This document shows positions 10,475 to 16,688 of a stretch of DNA of 16,688 nucleotides, in pieces. The notes under the pieces are model-generated. The model saw only the letters and a program-made list of their open reading frames with translations. It was not told the DNA's origin and did not search any database. This DNA comes from Octopus sinensis (lineage: Eukaryota), in contig NW_021825099.1 of NCBI RefSeq assembly GCF_006345805.1, positions 1 to 16,688 on the forward strand, read 5' to 3'. Position numbers and translations under genes: made by a program. Position 1 is the stretch's first letter. The number at the start of each line of letters is the position of its first letter.

Positions 10475-10737
10475 CAAAGAACTTGATCTGAGATGGTTTG
10501 CTGAAACAAAAACAATTGCAGCGTGCAAGAAATTTATAAGCCATTTCAGAACATTAAAAAATACCGTTAGATTCGCCTCAACATTTGAATTTAATTTGTG
10601 TTAAAATATTTTTCATTGACAAAGCTTCATGCTGCATCTCAGATGCAGTACGAAGTTTTGTCAGGAACAGGTCGCGGTTTCAAAGCAAGGAAAATATTTT
10701 GACACAAAGTGTACTTATATAATATATATGAATATAT

Positions 10738-10916
10738 AGCCGTGTGGTTTAGAAGCTTGCTTTGAAAGTTTGTAACCACATGGTTTCAGATTCCATCCCC
10801 ACGCCACCTCGGGTGTTTTATTACTGTAATCTCAGGCCAACCAAAACCTTGTAAGTGAATTTGGTAGATGGAAACAGTGTGTAAGCCCGCAATATGTATA
10901 CATATGCATGTGCCTC

Positions 10917-10948
<32 letters not shown>

Positions 10949-11195
10949 TGTGTATCAGTGTCTTTATGTCTGTATTTTTCTTACACCGCTTGATAACTTG
11001 TATTGCTTTGTTTCCTCCTCATAACTTAGCGGTTCGATAAAAGATATCGATATAATAAGTACTACACTTTAGAAATAAGTACCGGGACAGATTTTTTCTG
11101 CTAAAAACCCAATAAAGGGTAGTAAATGGTGTGAAAATTGGTACAGGTCCAGCTAATGCATGCCGCATTCCGAATGACTGGAACAAGTAAAAGAT
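10738..11195 (+). mobile_element. SINE family 2, old diverged copy
   Basis: GTGTGGTTTAGAAGCTTGC...AACCACATGG head, internal (GT)n, TAACTTAGCGGTTCGATAAAAGATATCGATATAATAAGTAC block, and tail GAATGACTGGAACAAGTAAAAGA. Confidence 0.85.
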
Positions 11196-11484
11196 CATAG
11201 CAATCCATAAACTTTCGAGAGAACGTGAAATAATTCGTTCTTGGAGAATAGGCTGCGCGGTATCTCATATAAATTTATTAATAATATAGCCAGCATATAT
11301 TGTGTACAAAAGTCCTTTGGATAGAAAAAAAGTCGATGGTTGCTCGTGGGACTGGAATCCACATCTAATAAAGACATGCCACAGAGTATATTCTAAGCGA
11401 AAACAAATCAGAAAATTATTATTTCTTTAGAAATTTTGCAAATTCTTATGACATCAACAACATACAGTATCACGTCTGATAGAT

Positions 11485-11624
11485 ATAATATATATACATA
11501 CACACATATATATTGTGTGTAATATATATATATCATATATATATATGCATGCATATATATGTATAATATTCATATATAAAAAATGTATACATATTCATAT
11601 ATAATATATAATATATATATATAT

Positions 11625-11671
<47 letters not shown>
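11485..11671. repeat. AT low-complexity tract ending in pure (AT)n
   Basis: Read directly. Confidence 0.92.
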
Positions 11672-11674
<3 letters not shown>

Positions 11675-12328
11675 AATCAAGGAACGGCCATAATAGGCCA
11701 TTCACCCACTAGAAGATAACACCCAAAAGCTTTAACCGCAAAATAACATCATTCCGTAAACCAGGAGAAAATTAAAAAACATTTACCCTGTAATTTCTTA
11801 TACGATGCACCGTTTCATCTTCTGTTTAATGGTAAACTAACCTGATTAATTAAATCAAGCCAATCCACCATAGGCCCTTAGATTCATCAGTAAGAAATAG
11901 CCAAGTCGGAACAGATATTTTTCACGAGGCATTCCCGTCCCTGCCTCGGCAATATCTGACCTAAAATTTTCAAATCATCGCACTCGCGCCAATTTATCGG
12001 CAGCAAATAAATATAAGCCGCCGATTCCATTACGGAATTAACCAGAAAATTCATAATTAATCAATATAGGGTGGCAAAAAAATTTTGTAGAATTTTTTGC
12101 CACCAGCGGCCTAGTGGGAAAAAATTAAATAGTCATATACCATTTTTAAGTTCAACATCACAATCAAGGAACGGCCATAATAGGCCATTCACCCACTAGA
12201 AATAACAGCCAAAAGCTTTAACCGCAAATAACATCAATTCCGTAAACCAGGAGAAAATTAAAAAACATTTACCCTGTAATTTCTTATACGATGCACCGTT
12301 TCATCTACTGTTTAATGGTAAACTAACC
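11670..12328. repeat. ~173-bp direct repeat (11670-11842 and 12157-12328), period ~486-487 bp
   Basis: ATCACAATCAAGGAACGG...GGTAAACTAACC occurs twice with a few small differences. Confidence 0.95.
11793..11898 (-). ncRNA. type I hammerhead-ribozyme-like motif (HHR-2) with extended helix II
   Basis: On the minus strand: helix I ATTTCTTA/TAAGAAAT (8 bp); core CTGATGA (11890-11884); helix II base ATCT/AGAT capped by a 19-bp stem with six G-U pairs (11829-11871); GAAA (11816-11813); near-palindromic helix III ACGGTGCATCGT; GUA triplet with cleavage between 11801 and 11800. Confidence 0.75.
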
Positions 12329-12519
12329 GGAATTGATGTTATTTTGCGGTTAAAGCTTTTGGCTGTTATTTCTAGTGGGTGAATGGCCTATTATGGCCGT
12401 TCCTTGATTGTGATGTTGAACTTAAAAATGGTATATGACTATTTAATTTTTTCCCACTAGGCCGCTGGTGGCAAAAAAATTCTACAAAATTTTTTTGCCA
12501 CCCTATATTGATTAATTAT
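12053..12519. repeat. ~190-bp near-perfect inverted repeat (arms 12053-12242 and 12328-12519, 85-bp spacer)
   Basis: The arms differ only by two homopolymer-length indels in my alignment. Confidence 0.95.
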
Positions 12520-13063
12520 ATATAAATATATATATATTCAGGTGTATGTGTGTATTTATACATATATTACTGATTTTTAGATATATATATGTTAATAGTT
12601 TAATAGACAGATACTGATTTGTATAAAGCAGCATGTGTGTGTGTCGCCTATGTCTATCATGGTGGGTGTCAGTTTGTGTGTTCGTGCGTGTGTGTTTGTG
12701 TGTGGACGTATATAGACATATGTATGCCTGCATTTATATATGTGTGTGTATATATATATTGTGCACTGTATACTTAAGCTTATATTAGTGTGTAAGTGAG
12801 AAAGATAGAGACAGAGAAACAGAGAGAGAGAGAAATGTGGGGAGAGAGAGAATGACAGTATAAAATATATGAAAACATGGCAACACTATATCAATGACAA
12901 CTGAATGTGACGTTGTCAAATATATATGTCCGTAACTGTCGAACCGATGGTGACAGACCTTGTAAATAACTGTCACAACACAAACAATATGGTTTTTCTC
13001 TTCAAACTTTCTTTGCTTGAAACAATCGCAAAATTCGAGGTCTGCTCTCCCTCTATCTATTTC

Positions 13064-13192
13064 TCTCTCTCTCTCTCTCTTACACTCTCTTTTCCTCTCT
13101 CTGTCGCTCTCCGTCTCTCCTTCTCTCTCCCCTATCTCTCTTCCTTTCTCTCTCTCACTCTCAGTCTCTCTCTCTCTCTCTCTCGTTCTCTC

Positions 13193-13223
<31 letters not shown>
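13064..13223. repeat. (CT)n-rich tract
   Basis: Read directly; source of the LSLS ORFs. Confidence 0.93.
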
Positions 13224-13224
<1 letters not shown>

Positions 13225-13289
13225 CTAGAATATTTCATTCAATCATGGTTCCGCTCCCCCTCCCGCTGTCTGTGTTTGTAATTTATTGG

Positions 13290-13450
13290 CTCACACACAC
13301 ACACACACACACACACAAACACGCACGTACACTCAGACAAATATATACATATATATATGTACGTGTTTGTGTTCGTGTGAATTTATGGGTGTGTGTGTCT
13401 GCGTGTATATGTGTATGTGTATGTGTGTGTCTATATGTGCTTGTTTGTGT
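13290..13450. repeat. (CA)n/(AT)n/(GT)n degenerate microsatellite
   Basis: Read directly. Confidence 0.85.
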
Positions 13451-13689
13451 GCGCGCCTGTGTTTCTAGTTATGTCTGTGTTTTTTCGTCTATTTATTTTT
13501 CATGAAGTGTCTGTTTGTGTGTATATGTGTATTTGTTCGTTTACCTTTCTAGTTACGTATGTCTTATTATCTGTCGATGAATTTATCACAATCTGCCTGT
13601 TTATGTATTCAAGTTTATCAGTATCAAAATTCTTCATTTCCAATCTGTCTTATTTGCTGTCCTTAATTATTTAGTTTTCACATATAAAT

Positions 13690-13793
13690 ATATGTGTGTG
13701 TGTGTGTTGTGTGTGAGTGTCTGTATAAAGAGAGAGAGTGAGAGGGGGAGAGAAAGAGATAGACAGGCAGAAAAGAGATAGATAAACAGATAT

Positions 13794-13847
<54 letters not shown>

Positions 13848-13882
13848 AGGGAGAGACAGTCAGACAGACAGATAGATAGATA
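13690..13882. repeat. compound (GT)n-(GA)n-(GATA)n microsatellite
   Basis: Read directly; the GATA units abut the LINE 3' end. Confidence 0.92.
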
Positions 13883-13883
13883 T

Positions 13884-14893
13884 GTTTTCTTTATTAGCCA
13901 CACAGGGCTCACACGATAGAACAAATTACAAGGTAGAGCTTTTCTTTTGAAGGTATTTAAAAAACAAAAAAAAAAAAAAAAGGGAAGGGGGAGGTTCGAT
14001 AAAAGGGTCGTAAAAGGAGAGAAGAGGACAAAATAAGGGGGTTAAAAAAAAAAAAAAATTAAAAAAAAAAAAAGGGGGGGAGAGGGAAAAAAAGATCAAT
14101 AGGGATCGTTATCACAGAAATGTCAATTGAAGTGTAAATGGGAGGACAGGTGGGTTACCCGTGGAAAAGAAAAGCCTGCGGAAAAGACCACGGTAACCTC
14201 GGTCATGAAGTCCATTGTTATATTTCTTTTTTTTTTTTTTTTTTGCAAATACCCAACACTCTGTTTTCGATTCTGGGTTCATAGGACTATGCTCAAGGTG
14301 GCTTCGTCATTCATACCGTGCCATTCTGCTACATTTCCATCTTGTTTTTAAAACTTCGCTAAGACAAACTTTGCCTCTCTACTCTCACTTTCCTTTTCAA
14401 GTGGTACTTGAAGAAGTTTGATGAGAGATTGACCAGAGAGAAAGTGTTGCTCCATCCTTTCAGACGCGTCCACCAGATACATTCTTCGCCCATAGCACAA
14501 AGGATGATGAAAATAGCTCTCCCTTCCCGTTTGAAGGAGGAGGGTGACAATATTGACGATAGACTCGCTGATAAACCGACTCGTCCCCACAACGTGACCA
14601 ATTTGTTCGACATAAGCCCACAGGTCGGAAATTGTTGGACCCTGAACGAGTGCGTGCAGAAGTTTCGTCGCCTGACCGCATCTCGGGCAGGTCGCCCCGT
14701 GTTTCTCGACCGTGTCTGTAGAGCTATCCCGAACGGGTACGCTTTCTCGGTAGCACTGCAGGCCCAGGGATCTCTGGAAGTTGTCCATGGGCCCTGGCCC
14801 GAAAGTCGTCCCGAACAGGCGGGGTCAGTACTACCTCGTCGACGTCCAGTTCGCCGCGGCTCGTCGTCGTACCTCCCCTCCACTAAACCCCTT
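13884..14893 (-). mobile_element. L1/Tx1-like LINE 3' end, copy 2 (5'-truncated, frameshifted)
   Basis: Minus frames give [11 protein letters not shown]...MDNFQRSL...TCPRCGQ...[18 protein letters not shown]...[10 protein letters not shown]...KRKVRVERQ, a CxxC...HxxxxC zinc-knuckle region with C changed to G here. Stop at 14279-14281. The 3' UTR ends in AATAAA. Paralogous to 6061-6865. Confidence 0.85.
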
Positions 14894-15009
14894 AGATAGA
14901 TAGATATAGATAGATAGATAGATAGATAGATATATAGATAGATAGATAGATATATAGATAGATAGATGATAGATTGATAGTTGATAGATAGATAGATAGA
15001 TAGATAGAT

Positions 15010-15047
<38 letters not shown>

Positions 15048-15071
15048 CAAACACAGACAGACAGACAGATG

Positions 15072-15136
<65 letters not shown>
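14893..15136. repeat. (GATA)n microsatellite
   Basis: Read directly, with some GACA units and indel variants. Confidence 0.96.
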
Positions 15137-15829
15137 TACATACATGTATATATACGTGTGTGTGTGTATGTGTGTGCAAGAAGTATTTGGGTACGTTCTG
15201 GGTATGCATTCAGTAACGGGGCTCTGGCACGGAGTATTCCAGGGTTTTAAGGATTGTGGAGCTATCTCTTAGCCACAATTGTTCCCAGATCAACTCTCAA
15301 TCGGAGAAATAGCACCTTTCAGGGTCCCAGCATGAACCACTGGAGGTGAATGAACCCCTTGTTTACGTTAGAACTCATACGGGAATGCAAACACATAAAA
15401 AATCGAAAGTGCAGTTGGTTTCTGGTCGTCTCAATGTCTATTGTGCTACTAGTTTTATAGCTGATTGCGCTGGAAATTGACCTCAGTGCCGTGCAAACAC
15501 TTTATCCGCTCAAAACAAATTCATGGACCCTCGGAATTTTTTGCATGGATTTACTGAGTTTAAGAAGTGACCTTCGCCGGTCCTGTGTTCATTTCTTCCA
15601 TGAATTAATTGTACTTGTTTCAGGTAGGGTTCTTACAGTCACAGAAGTATTAAATACACACATACGTTGAAAAGCTGTAGAATTTATTAACGCTATACGT
15701 GCATAAGCAAGATTATTTCATCATAAAACAGCAAGCTGTTTTTGTTAATGAGTCTCTGTTAAGTTCGATCGTCTGCAATGTTGATTGCTCGCATCTTTGG
15801 TTATGACAAATAATTCTGTTTATCTACCC

Positions 15830-15833
<4 letters not shown>

Positions 15834-15884
<51 letters not shown>

Positions 15885-15979
15885 TGTACTAGCCATCCGA
15901 ATGTGGCTAGCCACGATGGCTAGTACACCTTACGTTGTCGAGCGGTAGGTTATATCTCGTTCAGAGATTTATTATTGCT

Positions 15980-16011
<32 letters not shown>

Positions 16012-16023
16012 TATATATATATA
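15834..16023. repeat. two (AT)n tracts (~15834-15882 and ~15980-16023) enclosing a 47-bp palindrome
   Basis: Read directly; the palindrome spans 15883-15929. Confidence 0.9.
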
Positions 16024-16040
16024 GTACATACATATGTACA

Positions 16041-16688
16041 ACTCTTTAACTAGTTTCAGCTCGAGAGCTGCGGCCACGCTTGAGCACCGCCGTGAGCTTT
16101 GCTATAACCTTCTTGAAACCTGTTCGCCTATGCAGCATTTGGTGAATGAGGGAGTTTGATGCTACCGCCCGCATCTGCATTTCCTGTCGTGAGATAGGCT
16201 CATCTGGAATCTTTAACAGGAGGATATCTAGTTTTGTTTTGAACACACCTGCATCCACGTCATGCAGGCCTGTGAGGCTTTTGGAAAGATAATGAAAAGC
16301 TGTGGGCCTTTGAAAGTCAAACTGTTGCAGTATATGGTCTTATATCTTGATGACGATGCTGGGATCCTTGATGCTATATTATGCAGTGGCACCGGTTCTG
16401 TTGTTTGTGTAACTTTAAATGCTAAAATTTGGTACAAATCCTTCCAAGATTTTTCAGATGTATATCGCGGCATATCTTTCCCGCATCCGTTCTTGGGAGT
16501 AGTCATAACTTATTCAGCCTTTCTCAGTAGCTGGCACGTTGCATTGAGACGATCTTCTTTATGCAGCTTCGTTGCATTGCCTCGAGTTCCGCCGTTAATT
16601 TTTACACTGTGTGGTGACCATACTACTGAGCTGTAGTCCAAGCGGCTGAAGACATATGTCCCCCAGAGCACAATTGTGGTTTCCTGTT
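16041..16688 (-). mobile_element. CR1-group LINE 3' end (decayed RT C-terminus and 3' tail), runs off the window
   Basis: Minus frames join to RLDYSSVVWSP..ELEAMQR...SY*ERLNKL*L.SQERMRERYAAIYI*KILEG...FKGPQLF...FKTKLDILL.KIPDEP...ASNSLIHQ, the typical CR1/L2-group post-RT motifs, with TGG/CGA to TGA stops and frameshifts. Confidence 0.88.

Noticed and set aside
14408-14899. 163-aa plus-strand ORF (also 16262-16636 +)
   Set aside because: Both are antisense shadows of LINE coding sequence.
15180-15830. Moderately GC-rich unique stretch as a possible exon
   Set aside because: No ORF of 60 aa or more, no convincing splice-site pair and no recognisable motif.

Overview
AT-rich, microsatellite-saturated animal genomic DNA with no recognisable host protein-coding exon. 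The SINE family and repeat landscape point to an Octopus genome (recognition from memory, not a database hit). Most ORFs in the track are translations of (AT)n, (GATA)n, (ATGT)n, (ATT)n, (AAG)n or (CT)n tracts. The rest is a patchwork of mobile-element pieces: four tRNA-derived SINE copies from two families, two 5'-truncated L1/Tx1-like LINE ends each sitting in (GATA)n, a CR1-group LINE 3' end sharing its tail with the main SINE family, an RTE-like 5' UTR fragment, and a large palindromic element near a Helitron-type 3' end. The main finding is two unrelated fold-back modules next to (TA)n tracts (7257-8103 and 11670-12519). Each carries a type I hammerhead-ribozyme-like motif with a near-palindromic helix III. 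The second sits in a hairpin-rich ~486-nt repeat unit resembling a Penelope-like pseudo-LTR or retrozyme. Folds were worked out by hand and activity is untested. The near-identical inverted arms could partly be long-read artefacts.
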